A DNA stretch of 43,053 nt from Octopus sinensis (GCF_006345805.1 NW_021834956.1:1-43053), one strand, 5' to 3'; counted from the stretch's first letter, positions 1-12,795 are shown. Notes: generated by a model from the letters alone, not told the origin. Translations and numbers: made by a program.

Positions 1-34
<34 letters not shown>

Positions 35-50
35 CTATATATATTGTATA

Positions 51-269
51 CTCTTTTACTCTTTTACATGTTTCAGTCATTTGACTGTGGCCATGCTGGA
101 GCACCGACTTTTGTCCAGTAGATCGACCCGAGGACCTATTATTTGTAAACCTAGTACTTATTCTATCGGTCTCATATACTGAACCGCTAAGTTATGGGGA
201 CGTAAACACACCAGCATCGGTTGTGAAACTATGTTGGGAGGACAAACACAGACACAGTAACATACACAC

Positions 270-304
<35 letters not shown>

Positions 305-483
305 TATATATATTCATATATACGACGGGCTTCCTTCTGTTTCCGTGTACAAAATCCACTGACAAAGCTTTGGTTGGTCCGTAGGCTATGGTAGAAGACA
401 TTTGCCCATGGTGCCATGTAGTGGGATTGAACCCGGAACCATGTGGTTGGTAAGCGAGCTACTTCCCATACAGACACTCCTGT
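51..483 (-). mobile_element. tRNA-derived SINE (octopus-type) with internal (TACA)n/(TA)n
   Basis: The minus strand has a tRNA-like head (B-box-like GGTTCAATCCC) followed by ..ATGGGCAAATGTCTTCTAC.. and the tail ..GTAAAAGAG. The same family recurs at 1333 and 7848. Confidence 0.85.
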
Positions 484-887
484 TTATTAACCTGAGAACA
501 AGTTGAAGGTGAGCTCTGACTGGTTGTATGCAAATTAGTTCATTAATGGGATCCGGAACACTCGAGGGAGAAAAAAAATTTCGTGGCTGGGTCAAATGAG
601 ACGATGCGACCACCTTGGGTATGGGTGGACTGTGCTCACACACGCACAACACCCACACATATGATACAACATGCAAAGACGCACACTCGTAGCTATTTAT
701 GCTTTAAAAATGTTGACCTTAAAACCGTGACATTCTGAAGAAATTTGTATGAGTGTGTGGGTCAGCCAATATGTGTGGTGTGTGTGTGTGTGCTTTCATT
801 TCTGTTTCGCTGAATTTGTGAAAGCGGGACGGAGAAGTTGTTGACATCGATAACAATTTTCGTATATTGCTTCTTCTTTTTTTTTAT

Positions 888-990
888 TTTTTCAGTCATT
901 AAATTGCGCCATGCTGGGTTACTGCCTTGCAGGATTATTAGTCGAACCAATTGACCTCATTAAAGTACATTTTTCAGCCTGGTAAGTATC
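888..990 (-). mobile_element. Degenerate SINE 3' fragment (second copy ~2160-2262)
   Basis: ttcagtcatt..gccatgctgg..tagtcgaac..cagcctggta matches the SINE tail seen at 72-170. Confidence 0.6.
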
Positions 991-1020
991 CGCTCAGTTT
1001 ATATATATATATATATATAT

Positions 1021-1247
1021 CAGTAACAATAAGGGTGAAATTAATTAATTTGGAATAATTATTAATTACACCAAGTAGATTTCGGCATGTAAAAGCCTCA
1101 TTCGAGGAAAATTTAAGTAATACTAAGCAATTAAGGGTTTAGCAACTGAGATCCCCTTTTAGTAGAAGAATAGCTATAACTCTTTGACTGCTATTTCTAA
1201 ATTCGGTGTGTGGTGAGGCAATTCGTTGCTAAACCCTTATTGCTTAG

Positions 1248-1250
<3 letters not shown>
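1021..1250 (-). mobile_element. Penelope-like terminal-repeat relic with 27-bp inverted arms (copy 2 at ~2291-2525)
   Basis: Flanked by (TA)n. Arms 1120-1146 and 1225-1250 (perfect in copy 2: 2391-2417 and 2498-2524). Decayed hammerhead-like core at 1080-1104. Confidence 0.5.
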
Positions 1251-1289
<39 letters not shown>

Positions 1290-1332
1290 ATATATAATAT
1301 ATTATATAGATGTAATCTATATATATTGTATA

Positions 1333-1760
1333 CTCTTTTACTCTTTTACATGTTTCAGTCAGTTGACTGTGCCATGCTGGAGCACCGCTTTTGTCCAGTA
1401 GATCGACCCGAGGACCTATTATTTGTAAACCTAGTACTTATTCTATCGGCTCATATACTGAACCGCTAAGTTAATGGGGACGTAAAAACACCAGCATCGG
1501 TTGTGAAACTATGTTGGGAGGACAAACACAGACACAGTAACATACACACACATACATACATACATACATACATACATATTATATATTATATATTCATATA
1601 TACGACGGGCTTTCTTCTGTTTCCGTGTACAAAATCCACTGACAAGCTTTGGTTGGTCCGTAGGCTATGGTAGAAGACATTGCCCATGGTGCCATGTTAG
1701 TGGGATTGAACCGGAACCATGTGGTTGGTAAGCGAGCTACTTCCCATACAGACACTCCGT
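1333..1760 (-). mobile_element. Duplicate copy of the SINE at 51-483
   Basis: Part of the 1.28-kb duplication. Confidence 0.85.
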
Positions 1761-2533
1761 TTATTAACCTGAGAACAAGTTGAAGGTGAGCTCTGACTGG
1801 TTGTATGCAAATTAGTTCATTAATGGGATCCGGAACACTCGAGGGAGAAAAAAATTTCGTGGCTGGGTCAAATGAGACGATGCGACCACCTTGGTATGGG
1901 TGGACTGTGCTCACACCACGCACAAACACCCACACATATAGATACATGCAAAGACGCACACTCGTAGCTATTTATGCTTAAAAATGTTGACCTTAAAACC
2001 GTGACATTCTGAAGAAATTTTATGAGTGTGTGGGTCAGCCAATAGGTGTGTGTGTGTGTTGTGTGTGCTTTCATTTCTGTTTCGCTGAATTGTGAAAGCG
2101 GGACGGAGAAGTTGTTGACATCGATAACAATTTTCGTATATTGCTTCTTCTTTTTTTAATTTTTTCAGTCATTAAATTGCGCCATGCTGGGTTACTGCCT
2201 TGCAGGATTATTAGTCGAACAATTGACCTCATTAAAGTACATTTTTCAGCCTGGTAAGTATCCGCTCAGTTTATATATTATATAATATAATCAGTAACAA
2301 TAAAGGGTGAAATTAATTAATTTGGAATAATTATTAATTAACCAAGTAGATTTCGGCATGTAAAAGCCTCATTCGAGGAAAATTTAAGTAATACTAAGCA
2401 ATTAAGGGTTTAGCAACTGAGATCCCCCTTTTAGTAGAAAGAATAGCTATAACTCTTTGACTGCTATTTCTAAATTCGGTGTGTGGTGAGGCAATTCGTT
2501 GCTAAACCCTTAATTGCTTAGTATATAATATAT

Positions 2534-2612
<79 letters not shown>

Positions 2613-2613
<1 letters not shown>

Positions 2614-2850
2614 CAGTCCTTAAATCGTAGTCTTCGTTTCTGCTGGGGGCTCTTTCCATAAAGAAGTTTAGCATATAGCATCTGTTTAGGGATCCTCTGA
2701 TCATTAATCTAAAGAAAATGTCCAGTCCATCATTATTCTCTGTGCTTTTATAATTTGACAAATTCAACCTCTCTTCTCTGGGCAACATATTTTCATTTTG
2801 ATGCTTTTAAAATATGAAAATTACTTTGACAGTCATTGACCAGAACAAGA
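2613..2850 (-). mobile_element. RTE-type LINE ORF C-terminal fragment, decayed
   Basis: The minus frame reads WTGHFL*INDQRIPKQMLYAKLLYGKSPQQKRRLRFKDC, resembling RTE RWxGH...RIPKQ.LYGEL...RxKD. Confidence 0.65.
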
Positions 2851-4175
2851 TGAAGATCTCAGTCAGTAAAGGAATTTGTCTGGGGTCAGCAAAGTTTGAA
2901 GATATTCTTTTTAGTTTTATAAAGTCACTAAAAGTCTTACGTTTTCTCAATTTATAGAAAACACTTTTATAAATGAGTTTATTGTTTTCGCATTAAATGT
3001 TAAACTAAATTTGCTCCAGCTGGTCTATATAAACAGTAACCAATAACTTTGAACAGCCTTATTATTTTGTTGTGTATTTACATGGCATATAATGTGTGAA
3101 TAGAATTTCTCCCCCAGTTATCCAAGCAAAAAATCAGAAACTTATGTTATCAATTTATTTAGAAGAATTTTGTACAAAGTTTGATACAAAATAATTGTGT
3201 TGTGTCTGGGGAGAGTCATTCTCTTTTAGTGCCTTATTATTTAACACACTCAACGGTAAAATTTCGTCTTGATTTAATAGTAATTATCAATTTCTGAATA
3301 AAGTTTCTTTTTATCTAATTTAAATATCTTGATTATTTAATTTGAAAACAATCAGGTTTGTTCACTTCTATCACAAAAGAATCCAATAAAAAGTGGAGAA
3401 TACTTATGAATCTTCCTTTCCAATTCCACAAAAGTCTGCTCGGTAGAGCTTCCTGTCACATCTTATAATGTACATAAAGGTCTCATGTGTGTTACTTATT
3501 TAATCTTGGTCTCTGCTGTAAGAACTTGAAATCTAATTTCAAATTAAAATAACAGTGGAGTAATATGAAGGTAAATATTGTAAGGAAGAATTGTACTCTT
3601 CCTTTATCTGAAGTTATTTAAAAAGAGGGAGACACTGTGGCTTTTCCACAATCACATGCAATTAAAACAACAAATGTTGTGTCATTATTTTATTATCTCA
3701 GACTTTTTCAGCACAGCTATTGTTTAATTATAATTTTTTTGATTTATTTTCATATGTATAATAGTGAAGTTTTATTTTTACTGACGAAAATTTCAGTAAT
3801 TAGTAAATAACGAAGGTCATAAAGTAAGAATATAAAATTAGAATATTGTATATTGCACTCAAAACCCCCTGAATTTTTATTCAACCACCACCACTTTGGA
3901 GAGGCCTGTCTTAAACCACAACAGGACAAAGTGAGATATATCCTTAGATACATCATGTATTATATAGAAATACTATCTCTATAGGATATATAAAGGGAAA
4001 AGACATCAATATATATATATATACCAGGCATTCTACTCTCAGCTAAAAATGAAGGTAGATAGCTATCAATATAGCAGAAGATATTAAAGCTGTCTATATA
4101 ACAATGGGGTTGTTTAGGGAGGGGATTAGATATACAACAACAGCAACAACAATAATGAACATTTCAAAGTTTGTC

Positions 4176-4181
4176 TTTATT
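4176..4181 (-). promoter_or_regulatory. Candidate polyadenylation signal (AATAAA) ~240 bp after the stop codon
   Basis: TTTATT on + strand; this hexamer is frequent by chance in AT-rich DNA. Confidence 0.3.
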
Positions 4182-4422
4182 TTAAATGTGAATTTTAAGA
4201 AAGGAGCCAAACCAGTGAATGGATCACTATGTGGTTGATATACCTGCTAGAATTAGCAGCTAAATTCACACGATATCACTGTACAGAAGGGCATATTGGA
4301 CAATGTGGTTGTGGGTTCTCTTTGGAAATAGGCATGATGGTCTTGGCTGGTATGTGTTTGATCATAAGTCTCTGTTTGGTCAAGGTTAATCTGAGGCTAA
4401 ACAACAACAGTTACACAGAAAT

Positions 4423-4622
4423 TCACTTTGCGTCTAATGACAGACATTCCATCGCAGCGACACATTCAGCTTCTTCAAGAGCTGCACGTAATGTTGCGTG
4501 TGTCCGTGTTTCTGGGTCGCAATTTTTGAACCATTCGTAAAGCATCAGGTAGCCTTGTTTTACAGCGTCAATAGACTCATCATCAATTTTCAGTTTAGTT
4601 GTATCAACTCCTAAAACTATCG
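4423..4622 (-). CDS. Terminal coding exon: rest of the death domain, ends TGA
   Basis: Polypyrimidine tract then ttttgcag|cg. [10 protein letters not shown]...[13 protein letters not shown] is a death-fold pattern. It lies within ORF 4423..4677. Confidence 0.85.
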
Positions 4623-7600
4623 CTGCAAAAGACACAACAATAAGAGATAAATGCAACAACATCAACAATATTAACAATAATATAAAAGATGTGTGTTGTT
4701 ATAAACATAACAAAGAAACTATTTCAAGAGAGAAATATAAAAAAATAGCTAAGAAACAAGAAAATTATAAGACATTGTTTTCTATTTCTAGGGATGATGA
4801 GAAAAATAACAAAGTGGTTAAATTAATGGAGATTTAAAAAAAAACATTAATTGAAGTTTACACTTGAGAATCTTTTAAGGTAAACCGATGGCAGATGTGT
4901 TTGTGAAGGCAAAAGTGCATGAGAACCTAAAGAATCAACATAGGGTACCAACAGGCAAACCATTTGATCCATTCATTTCCTCTGCTCAATATTTCTGGGA
5001 GAGTTGTAGGGATAGAGACCCCTGGCATTTCTTCCATTGGGGCCTATCAGATGTAACCATCATTATATATTTTGGTTGGATTCCCAAGCATCAACAACTA
5101 AGTCTATGGATATCATCCAACTATTTAGTGCTTGGTCTACCCCTGGGTCTCCTACTCCATTGGTTTGACTTTGAGAACCTGTCTTGTAATTCATTCCTGC
5201 GACATTCTGATCACATGTCCTAGGTACCAGAGATGTGAAGAAGTGGCTCAACCTGGAGAGACTCCCAGATCTCTGAACTATACATCCTATTGGGTAACAT
5301 TACTCCAGAGACCCTTTAGAAGAATCCCTTATATCTGTCTTAATCTGGCAGATTTCAGATCTGATACTCAAAGGGTCATGAAAGTAATGTCTCTCTGTGA
5401 AATCAATCACCTTGCAAAGTTCCCAAAATGACACTGAAAATCAAATGAATAATGATAGACCAACAGTCGATTATTCTCAGTCAAATCCAATCCTTTTTGA
5501 ATCTACTCCAGATTCAATCAATTCTCCTGAACCCATTCAGTTATTCTTATGTCTCAGTGAGAGAGAGAAACCAGCCATGGTCTGGCTTCACTTGTGAATA
5601 TTCATTTTCTGGCAAATTTCCTTAGAGTCATTCTCTCTTTTTGGATGTGGGGAATATGATATGATTTGGCTGTGTCACCCCTATACTAAGTCTGTTTTTA
5701 CTGAAGCATTTACAAACATATGTAATGTGGTAAAGTCATTTCAATATGGCAATATAAAAGAGAGAATACCAAACTAATTCCCTATGGATACCGTATTTAT
5801 TACAACGAGTGGCTGTAAACGTATCTAACGAGCGAAAGTTAGATACGTTTACAAGCCACTCGTTGTAATAAATACTGTATCCATAGGGAATGAGTTTGGT
5901 ATTTTATTTATTACACACGAATAAACGACCACATTTTATTAACCCAATAACTAAATTCTTCACGTTTAGTTGTTACTTATGAATGACAAAAGTAGTGCCG
6001 TCACCGGGACCTCGGGTCATCACCATGAATTGACCAATCAGAAGCAGCGCTGTCACCGTTACCTCGGGTCATCACCATGGATTGACCAATCAGAAGCAGC
6101 GCTCGTAGTATCTGACATATGTTAGATACCAAAAATATCTCAAAGTGTTCTCACTCACATGTGTGTAATAATTGCAATTATCACTTTCAAACACAATAAC
6201 CCAATCCCTAATGGCTTCAAGAAGACCCTAACTCATGGTCTTTTGATGGAGTAAAGACGAACCAAAAACGTTGTCATTAACTCAGCTGTTTACCCTTAAC
6301 ATATTTTTCTTATTTCTTCCAATATTAAATGCTACTTGTATTTTCTTGTGTATCCACAATTACCAACCTCAGTGGATACTTTATGAAATACCAGTAATAT
6401 TATTAATAGAATTTATTTTGCAGCTAACCATTCCACTGGAAATTAGGAATGTAACCTGTTCTCTTTCATCCTGACAAATGAAATAGCTCAGGTGAATGTA
6501 AAATTTATAGAAATCAATTAGGTAGTGTAATTTTATACTCACCTACTTGCCACCAATCTCTTCCTAACCTCTTAGCCACTCTCAGAAGATCCTTCTCCTT
6601 CAGCTCTGGACTCCCTGAAATAAATATTTCCAAATTTTATAATTTATACTAAATTTCTTAATCTTTATTCTTGAGGCAAGCTTATCATCAATGGTCAACT
6701 GGTGACCACTATGATTTTGGTCAACCTTTTTAATCTATGTAATAGCTCAATATTTTGGTCCACAACAAAATAGATTAAACTTCTTAAACTTCGTCTCTCT
6801 ATCAAGACATCCTACATAATCTATCAATGTTGCATTTATCACATTTAATTATCATTTGATAAGACTATTTTTCTCACAGTTCTCTATTTCCCTTCTTATA
6901 TCTGTACCAAACCTGTGACACACATTTTTCTCATCTTCTGCTTAATTCTAATGTCAAACAAGGTGTTTTCCAAAGACCTAATCACAAATACACGGCAGAC
7001 AAATTCATGTAGGATAAACATACACCTGACATCTTTGTTAAGGGTTGATGTTGGTAATCTTGAATCGTAACTCCGCACATCCCAGTTCACAAGAACATCA
7101 TCTGATTCAGGAAATATTTTAAGACTCCTTAATAAAGAAGTTCTTTAAAACCCTTTATTCCCCAAAAGTTTTGGCTTATCTATTGCTTATAAGATGTCTT
7201 CTTTTTGTGCTATTATCTCGATGCCTCTACTCTTGTGGGACAATGAGGTAGTGTACCATCACCCTAAACAGTTTCTCTTTAACCTTTGACATGCTTTCTT
7301 CTGCTACTTTGAATTTCACTTATTTCTGCTGAGCTTTGCCCAATGACGGCAACATTTATTTGCCTTCAACCCTATTCTTGACCAACTAATTAATTAATAC
7401 AGTCTATTCAGAACTATTTGCATATCCTTTTGCTCTGTTGTTTGTGTTGTTATGTCATTCATTAATGTCGTCTTAGGGGACTTCACTCGAGTTATTTCTT
7501 CTGATCAATCTGCTGATCTAATAAACATTTCCATAACAAGTACAAACAAAATGACTGATATTGTGCAACCCACGGCAATTCCAGTCTCACGACGATGCGA

Positions 7601-8073
7601 GTCTGTTGTGAAATATTCTGTCCTGAAGCGCATTTTGAAATTATTACAGCAACTCTTCATTAGATTCTTAATCTTTTCTCGTATATAAAAGACGTCCGTT
7701 GTTTTCAGCAACAATTCGTGTAGTACAGAACGATAAGCATTAACCTGATCAAGCCATACAACATTCAAATCGCTTTTGTTCTTCTTTGTATCTTGTATCG
7801 CATCCCAGATTCAAAATGCAAGTTCCACACATTCAGGGATTCCTGTCTTCTCTCTTTTACTCTTTAATCTTTTATTTGTTTCAGTCAGTTGACTGTGGCC
7901 ATGCTGGAACACCGACTTTAGTCGAGCATATCGATCCCAGGACTTATTCTTTGTAAGCCTGGTACTTATTCTATTGGTCTCTTTTCTCGAACAAATAAGT
8001 TACGGGGACGTAAACAAACCAGCATCGGTTGTCAAGTGATGTTGGGGGAACAAACACAGACACACAAACTTAA

Positions 8074-8129
<56 letters not shown>

Positions 8130-11100
8130 ATATATATACATATATGCGATGGGCTTCTTTCTGTTTCCGTCTACCAAATCCACTCACAAGGCCTTGCTCG
8201 GCCCGAGGCTATAGTAGAAGACATTTGTCCAAGGTGTCACGCAGTGGGAATGAACCCAGAACCATGTGGTCGGTAAGCAAGCTACTTACCACACAGACAC
8301 TCTTTAATAGAATTACTTTACAGTTAAACTTTCAAAAAACGCAATTTTTTACATTATTGAGAGACATTCCTATCAGCAATGGTCAATTGGTAACCATTAT
8401 GATTTTGGTCCACATTTTTCTAGTTTCTGTTCACCTGTTTACCCCTAAACAACAACATATCTTAGTTCTTGGTTCCAAAAGACAATATTAACTCTATTGT
8501 GTTTTCTAATTTATCCATTTTTCCATCCATGGCAACAAAGATTTTATGAAATTTCAGCGATATATTTCATCGACTCCTTTTGCAGCTAACATTTCAAATG
8601 GAGATTAGAGATGGGCCCTGTTCTCAGTCCTTCTGACAAACAAAACAGCTCAGGGAGTGGAGAATTTATAGGAATCAGTTAGGTACATTGATTTCTATAA
8701 ATTTTTCCATTGCTTGTGTTTTATGGCAACGAATTGGTCATAGCAAGTGGAGGCGCAGGGCTTAATGGTTAGGGTATTTGACTCATGATTGTAAGATTGG
8801 GGTTTCGATTCCTTCACCAGGCAATACGTTGCGTTCTTGAGCAAAACACTTCCATTCACTCAGCTGGCAAAAATAAGTAATTTTACAGCGAACTAGTGTC
8901 CTGTTCAGGGAGGAATGTATACGCTAGAGAAACCGGGAAACCAACCCTATGCCTCTTATGGGATAACATAATTAGGTACAGTTATTTCATACTCACCAAC
9001 TGGTCCTGCCACCATCTGGACTTCCATCTTTGACGAATTTGGACCAACTGAAAAATACATTTCAAAGTGGTTTTAGTAAAATTTCTTTATCCTTTCTAAT
9101 AATCGATATTTTATTATTGTGAGACATTCGTGTCATCACTGATGACAACATGCTTTTGGAGAACATTTGTATGCTTTCTACAGTGGGGCCAAGTAATGGT
9201 TCACTATTTGAGTCCACAACAGAATAGACTACACTTAACAACCCTTCTCTGTCTCTTAAGTCATCCAACAATTCTAACAATTCTGAAATTATCTCATTTA
9301 ATTATCCCCTAATAAGCGATTTTCTCTTAGCTTCGTTTGGGTTTTCTTATATTTGTGCCAGATCTATGACAAGACATCTCTAATCAACATTCGTCTCATC
9401 TTCTGCTTAAATCCAGTGTCAACCAAGTTGAGCATCGAAGTCCTAGCCTCAAACACGACATACCACTTCCAGACGGATATATATCTATATCTATCTATTT
9501 GTTTTGCAAGATTTTTGATGTGAAATGGTGTGTTGAAACAGATATTGTTGTGTTTAGGAATGGTCATTTTGCCAGTTTAGCCAATAAAAACACACGCACT
9601 ATATATTTGGTGTTACTTTGCTTCAGCATTATTTATTTTTTACTTTAATCTTATTTCGGCAAGAGTTCTTTCATCACACTCCTGTGACCTCATCAGTGGT
9701 CCTTTGCTTTCTTCTTTCTTATTTGTGTGTCTCTCCTTACTAACCATCAGCCCTTTTGTATTTTGTATTCCTATTGTACGTGTCCTCATTTGTGCATGCG
9801 TATACCTCTATGTGTGTCTATGTTTAGTTAGTGTGCGTGGGGGGGGGTTGAAGTGCCTGTAATATTTGTATCTCCTGTTTATATACGTACGTGTAATTTG
9901 TTTTTGCTTTTGGCCGAAATAAGATTAAGATTAATATAAAAAATAAATAAGACTGAAGCAAAGTAACACCAAATATATAGTGCGTGTGTTTTTATTGGCT
10001 AAACTGGCAAAATGACCATTCCCAAATACAACAATATATCTATCTATCTCTCTCTCTATATATATATATATAGATAGATATATATGTATATATATATATA
10101 CACTTGCTCTCTTTAATTTTAATTACCCACATCACAGTTCTCCAGAATGTAATCAGATGTGGGGAAATATCTGAAGATATTTCAATGTCATTCATCCTCC
10201 TGAATAAAGCAGGTCGAACAGAAAGTGACATCAGGTCTAACAGGAAGTGATATCTCGTGTCCTAAATTAACACACTACATTCACACAAAACCTCATTAAC
10301 GACATAAAACTTGTCGTCCACACATTACTGCTGTGAAAATATTTGAAACGGTTCAGAAGAACTGATACTCGGGAATACTAATCTATACATCAATCAAAGT
10401 TTCCCACCCTTTTGATGTCCCCTCTCTAATGTTGGTTCCTAAACCCTCAGTTGAGATTTTCTTATTGAGTCTCCTATTTTATAAAGGCTCACTCTGATAT
10501 TCATATAAATGCAGTTGTTTTTAATTATCGGCTTCCGGAGATATTGATAAATCATTAATCACTCTAATCACACACAAGATGTCGGTATTTACTGATAGAA
10601 TCTTGGTGATTTATTGGTATTTAGTCACCATTTATAATTCAGTATTCTTTATTATTTTTATGTTGCAGAAAGTAACCATCTTGAAGTGTGACAAGTCTTC
10701 TAATTGGACAAGAACAATGTTTAGTGGGAGTAGTGAGAGACATAATATGACAGAGAAAAGACACCTGGAACATCTTTTATCAAAAGTGTGCTTGATTAAG
10801 GCAGAACTGGATCTACACAACAATATGAAATACAATATTCCACACCATAAAGCCCATGAGACAAACAGACAGATCATACAGTATTCTTACCCAAACTATT
10901 TTTGCTCGTTATATTCTGTCTACACATATGGCATCGTTTAGGTATCTTTTGGGGACAGCATTTCTTACACAGCGAAAGATGTTTACATGGAAAGAACGTC
11001 TCTGTGGCCACTTCGTCTTCACAAAACACACATCTGAGGAACAAAAACATGAACACATCCCATTAATAACATTCATTTATAACAAATATTACATTGTGTG

Positions 11101-11761
11101 CATATTTACAGTAGAGAATATTATGCGACACCACAATTAAACAATTACATATGGGCGAATTTGTGAGTATATAAATGCAGACACAGACACACAGACACAG
11201 ACACACAAACACAGACACAGATACACACACACACACATACACACATATATATATATATATATAAATGGACACAAATATTAATAAATATATGTCATGACAT
11301 TGATACATCACAAAAACTGATTTACGCAAAGTGAACAACATATATTCCAGAAATATAATTCACATATATACATACACACATACATAGATACATACATACA
11401 TACATACATACATACATACATACATACATACATAAATACATACATACATACGTACATACAACATACATGCATATGTTTAGATGGGCTGGACACATCGCCC
11501 GGCTCACCGATAATCTGTGGACACGCGCAGAAGTCGAGTGGTACCCGCGTGAGCGGAAACGACTACCCGGAAGGCCTCCACGACGGTGGAGTAACGATTT
11601 CAGGAGGACGATTGGGATCACGTGGATGAGGAAGGCGCGATCCAGAGAGGAGTGGACAGCGTTCTGTGACCAGCGGTGTCAAATGGACGCCTAACGGACT
11701 GGTCGGTCAAGGTGATATATATGTATGTATGAATATATGTATGAACGTATGTATATATATG

Positions 11762-11796
<35 letters not shown>

Positions 11797-12795
11797 ATAT
11801 ATACATACATACATACGTACATACGTACGTACATACATGCATACATACATGCATACATATAACACTTGATTGTATCTAATCTGTTTTAGAAGTCGTCTAT
11901 ACTTAGACATTTGACTTTGAATTTTATGGATGGACAGATAGGACACAATTCCTACAGCTTCATGTATGGCTGATCCATGCCACAAAACAGGTCATTGTTC
12001 TAAATTAGAGTAATGACTTTAGATTTATATACGATATGTGTGTACATAACCAGGGAATTATTTTCAAAAGTGATGAGTTGAATGCAGTAAATGTCATGTT
12101 TCCATCTGCCATCACTGCACCACAAACTTCAGATTGATCTCAGGTCATTACAAGGTACATTGTTATTCAATGACTGAAAGACTGTGAGAAATAGTTCAAC
12201 TACCTGATTGGTCCCTTCAGTGCCTGATCCATGCGTCTTCCTCCACCATGGCTGTGGAATAAATAGCAAGTTACATTTCGTTACACAGAGACACCACAGA
12301 GACACTCTAATTTACAGTAGAGAATATTATGCGACACCACAATTAAACATTTACATATGGGAATTTGTGAGTATATATAATGCAGAACAGAGACCAGACA
12401 CAGACACAGACACACCAGACACAGACCACAGACACAGACACACCACATACACACATTATATATATAAATGGACACAAATATTATAAGTATATGTCATGAC
12501 ATTGATACATCACAAAAACTGATTTACGACAAAGTGAACAACATATATTCCAGAAATATAATTCACTTATATATATATATATATATATATGTGTGTGGTG
12601 TGGTTGTGTCCGAGTCAGTCGCCATGATAGATTGTTAGCCGCTACACACATTTTTTTCTCTCCTTGTTTCTATCCTTGTTTTTTTTTTTTCGTCCCGTGT
12701 CCTTTCTGTAGAAGAGCGAAGGCTCGAAACGTAAAAGACTTTTTCCATTCCTTCAATACCACCTGTCATCTTCTTTTGTTTTTTTCGTAAACTCT

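Larger units (their letters stand above)
1..2530. repeat. Tandem duplication of a ~1.28-kb unit (about 1-1255 and 1256-2530), each unit bounded by (TA)n
   Basis: Colinear near-identity, e.g. 51 vs 1333 and 1241 vs 2516. Differences are mostly 1-bp indels. Confidence 0.97.

Noticed and set aside
4423-4677. N-terminal signal/TM peptide [17 protein letters not shown] on the death-domain ORF
   Set aside because: It is the intronic polypyrimidine tract upstream of the acceptor at 4623-4624.
4229-5597. Plus-strand ORFs 4229..4540, 4888..5223, 5132..5431, 5397..5597
   Set aside because: They are antisense shadows of the death-domain exon and the RTE fragment.
11900-11985. Possible extra exon [25 protein letters not shown] before the RING exon
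   Set aside because: It has a weak donor and no good acceptor tract. The 15247-15067 exon already supplies the correct phase and family-like sequence.
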